DNA of 64,000 nucleotides, taken from positions 37,200,001 through 37,264,000 of the forward strand of contig NC_087444.1 in assembly GCF_036321535.1 (NCBI RefSeq), given 5' to 3'. Source of the stretch: Camelus dromedarius (Eukaryota). The position numbers and the translations under genes were made by a program. This document shows positions 45,701-59,465 of the stretch, piece after piece. The notes beneath the pieces are model-generated. The model saw only the letters and a program-made list of their open reading frames with translations, had not been told where the DNA came from and did not search any database. Position 1 is the first letter of the stretch; each line of letters begins with the position of its first letter.

Positions 45701-48700
45701 GAGACTGAGCTTGGAGACCCCTTGGCAACGCTGTCACTTCATCAGGTGTCTGTGTGTCAGGTGTGTGTGTACGCGTCTATGGATGTGTAAGCATATGTTA
45801 AAGTCTAGTCAGCATGGTGTAAGTGTGCCAGGAGCCCACGCCAGCCCTCCCTTCCTACCCTTCCCTAGCATCCCTGAACCCCTCTCCTGGTCAGTGGGGG
45901 ACATGGGTTGGGGCAGGAGGTAGGCTTAATGGTCAAGGGGAAAAGAAGAGGGAAGATGAGGAGGGCAATGGTGCTAGGACTGGAGGGGTGGGGTGGCTGG
46001 GGGCGGGGCTGGGGCGGGGCTGGGTCCAGAACTGAGCCATGCAGTGAGTCATGCTGTGAGAGCTTCAGGGACCACCAACCAGGGGACAGGGGACTCAGCT
46101 CCCTTGATTATCCCCAAATGTCACAGTGACTTAGGAACTTGGACACAAGCCTCCCTAGATCTCAGTGCTTCAGGCATCATGGTGACGCTTAACTTGGGTT
46201 CCATGAGAACTACCTCTTCCCTCAGTGATGTGGCCACCCTCACACACCCACCGGAGTGTCGCAAGAAGACTCACAGAGGGGACTCAGCCACAACATGTGC
46301 CACCCACCCTGTGATCATATCCCAGGGACTCCCACACTCTTACCCCATCCACATCCCCACTGATCAGGAAGTCAAAGAGTCAGAGTTCACAGGGGCCTTT
46401 GGGAGACAGGCCAGGCAGCGGGTACCAGGACAATATGGGGCCCTAGCCCCAGGAGAGGCCTTGCTGGCTGTTTTCCATGCTTCAGGAGGCTGCTGTGCCA
46501 CCTTGTTCTGCTTTTGGGCCCAGAGAAGGACAGTGTCCATCTCCAGGTCACACAGCTCCTCATTGGAGGGCAGGGCTCAGGCCCCAGGCCAGGATCAACA
46601 CGGTGGTATGTTCCCCTGCATGTCCCCTCCACTGTGGCAGCAGGGGAAGAGGATGAGGCTCAGTGCTTTATCATAAGGTGTGGTGGGACTTCAGGCCCAG
46701 GACAATGAGTGGATGGTGGTGAAAGGGTCTCATAAGAAAGGGAGCTGAAGGCTTGTCCTCAGCGTGGGGGCCGGAGCTGCACATCCGAAGATGTTGCTAT
46801 GTTGTCCCTGTGTGCATGCCCACTCAGCAGGGTTGTTGCTATTCTTACCCACTTGGTGATGGCAGCGAGGTCAGAGATAGTGGCTGGGTGGGAGCAAGTC
46901 ACGAGCATCAGCTCCTTATCTGACACGTTCTCTGGAAACTTGGCAGGGGCTGCCAGGCTCTGGGGGCCTATGCAGAGAGGGTGAGGTGGTCACAGGGACA
47001 GGGTCAGGGGATGGGCCAGCTCAGCTGCCGCTCTTACAGCCAGGCAAAGTCTCATCAGAACTGGCCTGGGGGTTTCCAGTGGGATTTCTTCCCATGTGGT
47101 CAGTAAGACCCTCAAGTCATCCTCAGCGTCCTACCCAGTTCAATCCAGAATGCACGATCACTGAGCTTTCGATGCCCCAGAAGACAAAGTGTTGGGTTTC
47201 CCCAGTGAGGCCAGAAGCAGGGGGCACCTCTAGAGGGAGAGCATGGTACTGTGAGACACAGGAGTCCAGGCTGATCACTGTCCTGCCCACTTCCTAACTG
47301 TGTGACCTTGGGCAAGTCATTTCTGCTCTCTGAGCTTTGGTTTCCTCATCCTTTCCTGGGCTGTTGTAGGGATGAGAAAGTCCAACAGTCAGGAAAGTAG
47401 ACTAAGGGCCGCAAGGGTGTGTGTGTGTGTGTGTGTATGTGTGTGCGCACGCACGTGTGCTCAGGAGTTGGGGGGCCAGGATGGGGAGAGGGAGGAACAT
47501 GGGTCCCCTACCTTGGAGACTCCTGCCTCATGGATTTTCCATTGGCACGTCGGCACCCTCTCCCCCAAAATAGGCCCTACGAGCCGCGTGTGACAGAGCC
47601 CAGACTGAGGGGACTTTTTTTAGCTGCCCTTTGATTGTCAGCTCTCGAGCGGCTGCTATTTTGAGTCCCAACGCCTGGAGAAGTAGGGCCAAGTGGGGGC
47701 TGGGGTCAGCTCAGTGGTCCTGGCTGGCTCCCTGAAGGCATCCCCAAGGGGGCCAGCCGTGCCCTCTCTCACCCAGCACTACTGGCAGGGACAGCACAGC
47801 CTCCCCTGTGGATTAGGCCTGAGGGCTCAGCCGGCCACCTCCAGGGAAGCAGCAGACCTGGCCAAAACCACCCTCATTTATGGAGCTCACCCTACAGGCC
47901 ACTGGCCAGGGTCCCCGAGAGAAGAGCACGTTGTGGGATTAACTGAGATAACACAAGCAAAATCCTTACTTAGCACAGGGACTGGCACATAATTGGCCCT
48001 CAAAAAATAGGAATAGCTACTTTTATTACTGTCATGACAGCTGTAGTCATTCTTGGTTTTGTTGTTACAGTAACATTTTGATCAGATTTCCTTCCAGTCT
48101 TTTTTCTGTGCATTTATCTTATGTCACTGAGTTCAGGTCACAGCACTCCCCTCCAACACTTGGTTTCAGCAGAAAAGAGCCCCTAAGTCTGCTGGGGTGC
48201 CCCTCTCTGTATCTCTGGGCCCCAACCCCAAGGATCACCTTTCTATGAATAACCTTTGGGGTCCATGACCCCTGAGATTGTACTTGACCTTCCAGAGTGT
48301 CTGTGGTATGACCACAGGTTCTGTCATGTCCTCAAATGTCATCAACCACAGGCCCATAGGATTCCAGAGCCCCAGATTCTGAAAGTCAAATGCTAGATGC
48401 TGGGTCCCCAGATGGCCCTGCACTTGGATTCTAGAACCCTCTGGCTGGAACCTAAAGAAATGGGCTTGTTTCCACAGACAGTTGTCAGAAAGAATTTTAT
48501 GGCTGTTCAGGTGCATAAGATTAGGCAATGACTCATGAGGACAAAGGAAGATGTTCTCAAATTCCAGGTTTTGGTTTGGGCAGGGAGGGTGCGGGCTACT
48601 AAGAAGAGGAGACGGGGTAGATAGCCAGATTCTGGGAAGTTGCTGGGCAGGGGGAGAAAGGGAGTGTGGCTGAGCCAGGCTTCCCGCTTCCCTACTGGGG

Positions 48701-51449
48701 TCCTTTCCCAGCAGGGCAGCAAGGTCAGCTGGGGTTGGGGATCATGTGTTTACCCTTGCCCCAAGCGGTTACTGCACAAGGTGAGACTTCCTTGTTACCC
48801 GAAGGACAAAAATAGGTCCCAGGTGATGTCCAGCAATCCATGCCCAGAACCAGCAGGGTTTTTCTGAGAGTGACAGGCACAGGGCCAGTCCAGGCTTGGT
48901 CAAGTGGGACTGAGCTAGAAGAGGCATCCTCAGCCTGTGGGCTCACCCTACTGCTTGGCAGTCCTGAATGAGGTGAGGGGAGTTGGGGTCATACACAGGC
49001 TGACCCTCAAAAGGTTGGCCTTAAAAAAAAAAAAAAAGATGGGCCTAGAAGTCTGACTCAGCTGTGTGACCTCGGGCAAGTCACTAGGTATCTCTGAGAA
49101 TCATCTTCCTTCTCAAATGATGGGAACATTGACCCTGCTTCAGGGTGGTTGAGAGAACCCCGGGAGGCTGACAGATGATGCTGGATAGGTTGAACCTCGA
49201 CTTCAGCTGTCCCAGAGTCCAGAGAAGATAAGGGCCTTGCCTGCATAGCCCTTCTGCCAAAGGCCCGTTCTCTGCCAATCTGAAGGAGCCAGAGTCAGGC
49301 ACAAAAGCACGTTCTGGAAGGGCCTGTGGGGATTTTCCAGAAACAACTCTGTTGAGCTGGAGAATTCCATTCCTGGCCCTGCTGCCCAGGGCTCAGGCTG
49401 AGGAGGGGATGCTCTGGCTCATTCCGGTTCTGCCCAGCTTACTCCTTGCACGCAAAGCCCAGATCAGGGTGTCCCACACCGCATTCTCCTGCTGTTTGCT
49501 GTGGAGGGTAAGGAGCCTGAGGCTCCGAGGTCCCTCTTGGGGCCCTCTCACAGAACAGTGCTGGGCACACAGTTGGTCTTCTCCTAGCCTCCCATCCCTG
49601 CCAGGGGCCCTCCCTTTCCTTCATCCAACATGTCTTAGCATTTTCCCTGGAACCAGCCCCTGCCCTCAGGGTCACCCCAGATGACCAGGAACAGGCCAAT
49701 ATGATGGACACTGACTTAGGGGAGAGATGGCATCTGACCCAACTTGGGGCGGGGTTGACAAAGGCCGCTGGAGTAGGGAAGGGTAGCCAGGCTGGGACAA
49801 TTGCCTGGGTGAAAGCTCCGAGGACTGGGATGTACTCTGATATTTCCGTGAAGCTGGAGAACAGGTTTGAGGGAGTCTGACGGGCATCAAGGTCAAGGGT
49901 GGGAGTTGAACTGAACTCATTTACTTACTGAGCTGTTGGACCCTGGTTCCCTTCCCAGCCCAGGGTTCTTTCCTCCACATCTACCCCCATGAGGGTTTTC
50001 CCTGGGTTTGGCCAGAAACAGGAAGGTTCCTCTCCGGGGAAGGCCAGGCTGGCAATAGGAATCTTAAGAGACAACAGGGCGTTAGAGCAGGGCCCAAGGG
50101 GACCCAGCTTAGCTCATTACAAGGTGAATCCTGCATCCACAAAATGTACTTTCCACTCCAAGTTCCCTGGGGAGAGAGAGGACACTCAGATGTGCTGGGA
50201 GCAAAGCTTTTGTAGGGTCCCAGCTGGACTTGGGGGGACCCCCAGACCCACTCTGACATTTTATGTCAACTTCAGCCCATCACCTGTGCCCTATCCAGGT
50301 TCTGCCACCTCCACCCCTAGGGAGGGAGAACACGGCCCCCCTCCACCCTACAGGCTGGCGCCAGGGTTTATGATCCAGCACAGAAGATGCTGAGAGCCAC
50401 ACGGGTGGAAAAAGTTACCCAGTTCTAAATCAGCCAGCCTTTGGGTGATCTCATCCCCTTCCCAATATAGTCACGGTCCCTTCCCCCACCAGCGGCCCCT
50501 GGCCAATGAGGTAAGTCATGAGGGAGCTGGTGGAGGGGTGTGGGTGAGGTCTGTGGGAAGAATTTCAACTTGGGGTCGCACTGTACATTCTGTTTTGCAA
50601 TCTCATTCCCCACCTGCTCATTTCCAGTATTTACACCAAGCAGTTTCCTGTCCAATAATAAAAGATCGTCCACCATCACTTTTTAATTTCACTATCACTT
50701 TTAAAGTCCACCAGAATAGATGCACCAGAATCTCTTTGTCCAGTATGTAGAGGAAGGACATGTCAGTGGTGTCCAGTTTCTCTTTCTCACAAACACCAGT
50801 GCTATGACCATTTTTGTTCAAACCCTCTTGTGCATTTGCCTAATCCTCCCTCCCTCTCCTTCTGGGTCTCTCTCTCTTTCAGATAAATTCTAACAGGTGC
50901 TGGGCGGGAGAGTAGGCTTCACTGTGTGACTGATGCACGCTGAGCCCTCCCCCAAGCCAGAGGTGCCAGGCCCAGGGCAGGGAGGGCATCAGACACCAGT
51001 CCAGGGCCACGGGGTCAGGGGAGCAGGGCAGGCTGTGGTCTGCTGGTCCCTCCTCCCTGCTCAAGGCCAGCACATGCCCCTAGCTTCCACCTGCTTTTGC
51101 CTTCCCAACTCCACAGGCCAGGCTGACTAGGGACACAGGGGAAGGCCATACACAAGGTCTGTCCTGTATTGTATCCATACAGCCTCACCTCAGGCACAAG
51201 CAGAGGACCCCACAGTCCATCCAATTCATGTCTTGCCAAGCGCTCCTCCAGCTTCTGCTAGAATGCTTCCACAGACCAACCGACAGCTTTCTCCTTCCTG
51301 CCAGGCTTTTGGGGAGCAGATAGGGCATGCTTTTCTTTTTCTTTTTCTTTTTTTTTTTTTTTTTGCCTTTTTTTTTTCTTACCAAATGAATAGATATTCA
51401 ACAGAATTACATGATCTCTTAGTAATCGTATGAAAGCTAAGAGGAAGCT

Positions 51450-51590
51450 TTGGAGTCAGACACCAGGGTTCAAAATCCAGCTCTGCATTTACTAGTTTTG
51501 TGACCTTGGGCACATCATTTTACCCCCTCAGACCTAGTTTCACCATCTGTAAAATGGGTTCATAATACTTGCCTCATATGGTTGTGAGAT
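51450..51590 (+). mobile_element. MIR fragment
   Basis: ttggagtcagacaccagggttcaaaatccagctctgcatttactagttttgtgaccttgggcac...catctgtaaaatggg. Confidence 0.8.
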
Positions 51591-51594
51591 TATA

Positions 51595-52010
51595 AAGGAC
51601 TGGCTCCTATGATTATGGAGGCTGAGAAGTCCCATCATTTGCTATCTGCAAGCTGGAGGCTCAGGAAAGCCAGTGGTGTGGTTCCAAACCCAAAGTCCAA
51701 GAAACCAGAGGAGCCAATGATGTAAGTCCCAGTCAGAGTCCAAAGGCCTGAGCACCAGGAGCATCAGACGTCTGAGGGTAGAAGTTGGATGTCCTAGCTC
51801 AACAGAGCAAGTTTTTCCTTCCTTCCACCTTTTTGTTCGATCCCAGCCCTCAAAGGATTGGATGATGTTTACCCACTTCTTAACCCAGTCCACTGATTCA
51901 AATGCTAATCTCTTCCAGAAACACCCTCAAAGACAGGAAGAAATCATGTTTTACCAGCTATCTGGGCATCCCTCAGACCCATCAAGTTAACACATACAAT
52001 TAACTATCAA
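51595..52010 (-). mobile_element. MLT2-type ERVL LTR
   Basis: The minus strand begins tgatagttaattgtatgtgttaacttgatggg...ccagatagctggtaaaacatgatttct (MLT2 5' end). The plus strand shows gattatggaggctgagaagtccca...ctgcaagctggagg. Confidence 0.75.
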
Positions 52011-52199
52011 CAACTATATATCAGATGCACCAATCTATCAAAACTTTGCTGCACATTAACTTTGTCAATCACCAGTGTCACTTCTCCTGTATTTTATTGA
52101 TTACAAGCAAGTTGCTAAGGCCAGCCCTGATTTAAGAAGAGAAGAATTTGATGCTGCCGCTTGATCAGAGGAGTGGCAAAGAATTGTGATCAACCTTAA

Positions 52200-53600
52200 A
52201 ACCACAACCAGGAGCAAAAGGTGGACGATTCCAGGCTCCTTCCCAAGGGTGATGAGGGCATTGGCCTACCTCTCAGAAAATGTGACTCCAGCTTGAGGGG
52301 TAAGACAAAAACCACTTTCTCTTCTCTCACTCCTTCCTCTATGTGTGACTGTAGTGTAGACTCCACACACCTGGAGAGGAGTCTGAGCTTTCTCCCAAGG
52401 ATGATGGGGAGCCATGGAAGGGTTTGGAGCAGGGGAGTGACATGATCAGATCTGATTCTGACCAAGATCGCTCTGACTGCTGCGTGCTGGATGGAGTTGA
52501 CCAGAAGGGGCAGCTGTTACTTGGGGTGGGGGGAGGATAAAGGTGGTTTGGACCATTCTTGGAGCTGGGATATGGGGTGGACAGGAGGGAGTGGACCCCG
52601 GGCTGTGGGAAGGTGGCTGTGGGGACTGGCTGCAGGGAGCAGAGGTAGAGGTGGGAAGGGTTCAGAGGTGCAGGGTAGTCCTCTACAGGGGAGCACCCAC
52701 ACTGGGGGAGACCGGAAAAGGTAGCAGCCACTCCCTCACCTCTCTTGGGATCCCAACAGCCCCTTCCCCAGGAGTCAGGGTTGAGCGACCACAGGTTAAG
52801 GTCCTTCCTCCCTGCCCCCAACTGGTTCCAGCCCCAAGGACCTCCAGGGTCTGGTGAGAGTCCCTGAAGTCTGTTTCAGGCTGCATTCCCCAGAGACCCT
52901 GCTCCGCCTTGGGTTGAACCTCAGGGCTTCATCTCCAGAACACGTTTCTCCCACTCGGGCTGCAGTTGACACCAACACGGCCCAATGGCGACATCTAGGG
53001 GCAGCCACCCACCTCACGTTGTTTAACCACAGCATCCCACAGCAAAGGGCCTGTGCTACCAGGTGTTCCCGTCATGCCGTCCTCAGATTTGGTGACCAAG
53101 CCACCAGGCAGAGATCTGATGAGGCCCAGCTCCTCCATTCATTCCTGCCAAAGCCCAGTACAGGGTCAGCAAGGTCCCTGGAACCCCAAGTGAACCCATG
53201 GATACCCTCCTTTCCCACAAGTCAAGGAGCACATTGGCTAGTTGATGACATTTTCCTGTCCCCACCCCTCCACTACCCTGCTTTGCTTCAGAGGAAGGGT
53301 CATCCCAGAAGCTCAGCCACCCTCTTCTCATAGAGCTGACTTCCCACCTCCACCTCATTATCCAGGTCCATCCTGTGTCCTGACTCCCACATGAGAACAC
53401 ACACTGGCCCTCACCTTTCCACAATGATCCTGTTTAGCTAACTGTCCATTTTCATCCAGCCACACCCACGGTCTTTTCTGGGTCTGGACACTCCTCACCC
53501 CCTCTCCTCACTTCCATACTGGCCCTCAGTTTTCCACCTACTTCTCTAATCACTCTTTTGCTGGTCCCTCTCTGCTCCTCCCTTGATCATCCATCCATCC
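52200..53600. mobile_element. L2 fragments (about 52200-52520 and 53200-53600)
   Basis: gggagccatggaagggtttggagcaggggagtgacatgatcagat; the second piece is in the opposite orientation (ttcctgtccccacccctcc...). Confidence 0.6.
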
Positions 53601-54291
53601 ATCCCTCCCTCCCCCATCCCTCCTTCTTCATTCTACAATCAGCAGGACAGGGGGCTGAGCCTGACATTACAGGGATGAGGAGGAGGAGAAAAACAAAGAC
53701 AAATGCCCAACAGAACCTGGTGGTAACACCACAGGGGAAGTGGGGGGTTTGGGGTAGGACTTTCTGCCCTGCTCCCACCCTACCTCTGTGCTGATGAAGA
53801 ACAAGCCTTGTCCTCTCTGAGGTCACTGCATGGCCTTGCTCATTTCCCCATCCATGGAGATCACCGGAGGGGCTCCTCCTTGCCCACCCACCACACTTAG
53901 CCAACTTCCCCTCGGCCTTCACTGCCTCTATTTCTACAACACCCCCTGAGCCCATCCCCAGAACCCCTGGCCTGGACCCACCCCTGAGCTTCACCCCTCT
54001 TGCTCTTTTCCCTGGACTGGCCCCTCCCTAGCCCCACTGTGCTGTGTCGCGGGCGTGTCCCTGGAGAGCTCTGCATGTCTGGCCCAGGGGCACACAGGTG
54101 TGTGCAGGGTGGACTGTACAGAGCAGCTAGACAGACGTTCCTTCTGTTCATCTGCTGCAGGAAGAATGGTGTGGAATAAGTGAGAACTTTGCAGAATCCT
54201 GGGAAGGCAGGGAGAGTTAAGATCTGAGAGAGACTGGGCTTTGGAAATTCCCTCCACAGATCACTTTTCCAAGGGGTGAGGATAAGTAACA

Positions 54292-54932
54292 TGTTTGGCT
54301 AATTATGTTAGTAAGCCACACTTGGGTCCACTCGCTGGCCACTGGCTGACACCAGGGTGTGGTGAAGAAAAGTACAGTGTTTATTTGCAGGGCATCAAGC
54401 AAGGAGTACAGGGGGCTTGTGCTCAAAAGACCCAACTCCCCCATGGCTGTCAGGGAAGAGTGTTTAAAGGCAACATTTGGGGTGAGGGCTGCAGAGTGCC
54501 TGACTTCTTTCTGATTGGTTGGTGGTGAGGTAACAAGGTGATGTTTTGGGAATCATCAACCTTCTGGTCCAAGTAGTCTGGGGTCTGCTGCTTGTGCTCA
54601 GCATGTAATCACCATCCTCCACGGGGTGGGGGGAGGAGGGTCTTAGTTCCTGCAGAACAACTCTATTGAAATCTGTGTCAGATTGTTATGTACATTCCTC
54701 GAGCAGGAACTAGGACTTCCTTTTGTCAGTGAGTTATTGTCATTACTTTTCTTGTTAACTGATTTTCCTATGTTTCTACCTTCTCTCACTTCCCTAATTA
54801 GTAACCCATTGTGACTGCTCTTTGGAACTCAGGAAGGCCTAGGAGACTATGGCCTTTTCTACAAACCAGAAACAGGGGACACAGAGTGACTTTTGTGTCC
54901 AGGAGGACCCCACAGGGTCCTGCTCAGTTTCA
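54292..54932 (-). mobile_element. Solo endogenous-retrovirus LTR (ERV1-like), about 640 bp
   Basis: The minus strand starts TGaaactgagcaggaccctgtggg and ends ..aaaCA, with CCAAT (about 54514-54518), TATA-like tttaaa (about 54463) and AATAAA (about 54380-54385) in LTR order. No clear TSD seen. Confidence 0.7.
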
Positions 54933-56174
54933 CTTATTCCCTTGCCAGCAGAGGTCAGAACTGGAACTCTGCCCCCCCCCCCCCCCCCCGATCCCTCCTT
55001 GCTCCTCCCAGCCAGGTCTTCTCCCATGTGAAACAGATAAGGTCAGGGGTGAATGGAGCAAAGACACTAAGCCACCGAAGTCCAGCTTACCCACTCACCC
55101 ATCCCAGAGGGAGCCATGTGGAGCACCCACCACCCATGATTCAGAGGGTCCTCATTTAGTAGCATAAAGTAAAATGGAAACAAAAGCTCTAGAGGTGAAA
55201 GGAACAGTACACATTTTTTTCTTCCGTAGTTAAAAAGCCCAAGGAGCTCAATTTTTAAAATTTGATTCTCCCTGTTTTCCCTCTATTTTTATCAAGTTCC
55301 AAAACAGTGGGATATTGGAATGCATGTTAAGTATATCTAGCTTCTTGTCAGCACCACCTACTTCTCCACCCCACCCCACACAGGGCCAAAATTGTGCAAT
55401 GGGATTTTTCCTGCATTATTATCCCTTTCTAAAAGCCCAGAATTGGGACAAGTGCATGGACAGTGGGCTTGGTTCCAATCCCTGCCCTACCATGGTGTCT
55501 GGGGCAAGTGTTTCAGCCTCTGGGCCTGTTTTATCCTGTTAAAAAGAGGGAAACAGCTCCTCCAGTTATCCTTAGCAGACCTCAGACACTCCTTTTGCTA
55601 CCTTTCTCACCTCCAAATCTGCCCCTCAAGGCCCAGTTTAAGCACCCTAGCCCACACTAAAGTGAATACCTTAATAGTTGTATTGCATTTTAAGAAGCAC
55701 CCACTGGAGTACTCAAGAGCTAGCTGTATCAGCCCAGAGGCAACGAGCTAAGTTCAGTCAGTGGGGTTATGATGGAGTGGGGTCCTCAACTCTACCTAAG
55801 TACCCGCCTAGACCTTTCCCCCAAAGCTGGCTCTGAATTTAAGATTAATAAAGAAGCTGGTTTTACATGCCCAGTTAAATGTGAAATCCCAGCAGGCCTT
55901 CACCCTGTGTGTGGAGATCCTCGCAACAAAAGCCTTTACTTTCTTTTCCTTCCTTTCAGCTCCCCACACACATGGTTAACACTACATCAGAATTTCCTGT
56001 GTGTCAGCAGTCACCAAAAATTTGCAGAGAAAACTTCTTTTGGGTGGCTTGTGGGACTAACTAAAATCTTCCATGGCCAGATAAAGGTGGTGAAACAAAG
56101 GTGAGCCTAATCTAGTACCCTAAGGACCTTAAAAAGATTAATATTCAAAGCCAAAAGAAACCCACTTTGCCTCT

Positions 56175-59100
56175 TTTATTTGTAAGTTTTATTTAAATAT
56201 CTCTCATGGTTAGAAAATAAATGTCAAATAGCACATTGGTACACAGCTTAAAATAACAAATGTCAGTAAAAATTAAAGAACATGGTTCATAATTTTCCCA
56301 AGTAACTGCCTGGTAAGAAATACTTTCTGGGGGGCGAGCTGTCAGGTGCCCGAGGCGTGGGGGACAGAACCTCAGACTGCTCAGGAGCTGTCCCCCTGCA
56401 GACCAAATGCATCTCCCACTTGGTGGTGCACGGGGCAGCTCACAAGAGAAGAGGCACTAGCAGCCTTTATTCCCCAGCTCCAAAGCTACACCAGGGCTTT
56501 TTTTTGTGTGTGCTATGGAAAAGAATCACGTTCAGAGACAAATGAACCACTTAAGATGAAACTCAGATAGCTCAGTTCCAGGAGATTCTGGTTTCAACCG
56601 GGAAGTTAGGGCTTCCTCGAAATTGCTAAACAAAAATAGGTCACCAGGGGCTGATAACATGAGTCAAGCCAGACTCATTCTGCACACATTTTCTTGTTCT
56701 GTACAACTAATTATTCTCTTAACTCAAGTTTGCACTGTTTATATTTCACTTATATATAAAAGGTGCTAGTTCAATTGTGTCTAACTTAAATTTTATCCAG
56801 TGTGCCCAACACTAGATCGGCCCAACACTAGATTGCTTAGGCCAATCATTCTTCTGGGAAAAATATGTTTATATATTAACATACCTCAAAGTTTACATTT
56901 TCATTATAGTAAATTAGCTTTAATGTTACAAATAACATCTCAGAAAACTGAATAAGTAACTTGATCTAGCATACTAACTTGAGTTTAGAACTTCTCCATC
57001 CATTTTGACCAATCTCCAGAATTAGCAGAATTGTATTATTTATCTATAAAACATTATTTAAAGTATGCCAACATTTCTTACCTAGAATAATAAATAGGCA
57101 ATTTAAAGCACCAAAGCATACTTTGTTCAAAAGTGACATCCTAAATATTAAGCATTCGATTGCATTTTTTTGTTCACTTTAGAAGTCTCAATATCAAAAT
57201 CTTTACATTAATGGAATGACAAGTGTTTTTGGAAGACCTGACAAGTACCACTAACCCCTTCTAAAATCCGTGTCCTCAAGCGGTAGCCCATGTACCTCAG
57301 GAAGGCCAGTGACAGCAGAATTGTGGTCAGGGAGACAGACATGCTGGGGTTTAACCAGAAAGGGGTGCTCCTTGGGGCATTCATGGAAAGAGCAGACAGA
57401 GTTCATAGCGGAAAAAAGCAGACAATAAACTGAGCTTTCTCAATATACCAATCAGAAAGCAGGACATCTCTATCAGGCTGAGAAAAAACACAGATCCACT
57501 TGAAGAAACAGGTGGGAAGTCTGTATTCTCTCAGCTGTCTCACTAGTTACTTAATCAGATAGATTTATGACCCCTTCTAGGCTCCCAAAAAGGACTCAGA
57601 CACTCCATAATCCTGGTAAATGTAAATCCTGGTAAATGAGAGTTTCGCTGGCATAAAGAACAAAGGATGTCAGACAAGCAGTCTTTGGCTCTAGTAACCT
57701 TCGCACCATCTGAATGACGGTGATTCCTGTTTTATTTCTGAGTTGAGATCTAGGAGATCAGAAGGACTGTGGATGGTTTCAGAATAAAAAGAACAAGGCT
57801 TAAGCACTCAAAAGAGACTTTGTCACTAAAACAGTTGCACTAGAAAATGCATGGGGAAACATCCCTAGGCTAAAAGTTTCCCAACTCTTGAATGTCCTAA
57901 ATGTGAACAAAAATGAGGAAGTCAAACCTAGCTATTTGCTTTCCTTTCAGTGGGTGGCTCGAGGGGGTGAGATGAGGAGAGGGATCAACAAAGACAGTGC
58001 AGGAATATACAAGTATAGTTTTGTGGGATTATATCAGTGAATCCATTTAGGGACACATTTCCTATTGTTTAAATGTGCTACACCAATTCAGACCATGAAA
58101 TTCATCCCCCAAAAAAGGATCCACAAGGTTTAATTTTCAAATAAACACAGTCAGTGCAGCCCATGGAAGCCATTACAGGTTACATTTATTTTTGCCCCAA
58201 ATCCTGTACTAAATCAGGTCTAGTTTCTGAGGAGTAGCAATGGCCATTTAGCCCACAGTCTAAGGGCAAGTGTCCCATCTGACACATCTCACTCCTCCCT
58301 CCTCCCCACTGCCCCTCAGGATGCAGCTAGGGAGCCCTGGTTAAGCAACTATTTTCAGATCTCTCCAGATTCAGACTGAGTCAAAGTCCACAATCCACTG
58401 CATAATCCAAGCCATAAGTCTTGCCTCAACTGTCACAGCTACTGCATGCAATCTTGAATTTTCTCCTGCCCTGCAACCACTGGAACTGGGAGCATTCTTT
58501 CTAGACAGTATTGCACAGTCAGCAGCAGGGTGAGGGAGTTCAGCATAGCAGAGAAGGGAAGGAATATTAGGTGGAATTAGAAGAATGTTTGAGACATATA
58601 ATCAGAAAGGTTAAGTGCTATGAGTAAATCTGCAGAGGGTTTACTAAACCCTGGAGGAAATTTTACTATGCAAGAAAGGCCAGGAATTAAGGCTCAGACA
58701 GAAGTTACCTCCTAGTATGGTTCAGGGGGTGGGACTCAGAGGAAGGGCCCAAAGCTGCACAAGTAAATTCAGCTGGTCCAGAGGCCTAGCCGCCTTCACC
58801 CTCAGCTGAAAACCAACACAAGTCATTCCAAGCATGCTTGCTTACAGCAGTCCTGTTTGGAAGCTTGAGGACTCAGCTTTAAAATAAACTAAATCAGAAC
58901 TTGAAAGCAGCATTACAAAATGTTTTCACAAGTAAAATCACACACACAAAAGTTAGGACATTGCATAGAAAAGTATTCTGTTATATGCTTTGTAATCCTA
59001 GGTCATTAGTAACCTCAAATAAACAAAACCTCCCTTCATAGTCTTAAAAGTCCATGATTGTGAATTGAGAATTATCAAGTTTACAGGTTTTGCAGCAAGA

Positions 59101-59465
59101 CTTCAGGAGATCCTGAAGTTCTTCATATTCTTAGAATCATGATTCAGTTTACCCTTCGAAGGCTCAGGCTGACACAGTTTAACAACAGTGTCTTTATAAA
59201 AGGACTTGGGTTACATGAGCCCAACCCAATGCTATGGTCTCTGTACTCTGCCCTCTCTGTGTGGAAGAGGTGACCAAACACGCAGAGGCAGGGACATAAA
59301 ATCACAGCTCTTGTTTTTATATCTAGACTGTTCTTTCCTCACATTAGCCAAGCAAGCTACATTTTCCTGCCCTTTTAACGATAAGGTTTAGATAGCCAGC
59401 TTGAGAGTAAGTGAAAATGTCTGAGAAGACATTTAAGTTAACCTTGGCAATAGGATGGGAGACTC
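56175..59465 (-). other. PDP2: Likely long PDP2 3'UTR with distal AATAAA signals near 56175-56193
   Basis: AT-rich, largely non-repetitive sequence downstream of the stop; two minus-strand AATAAA (tttatt at 56175-56180 and 56188-56193). The 3' end is inferred. Confidence 0.5.

Noticed and set aside
45993-46676. 227-aa intergenic ORF
   Set aside because: GTG start inside GC boxes, low-complexity composition, no recognisable motif; expected by chance in GC-rich DNA. A homology and ribosome-profiling check would be needed to revive it.
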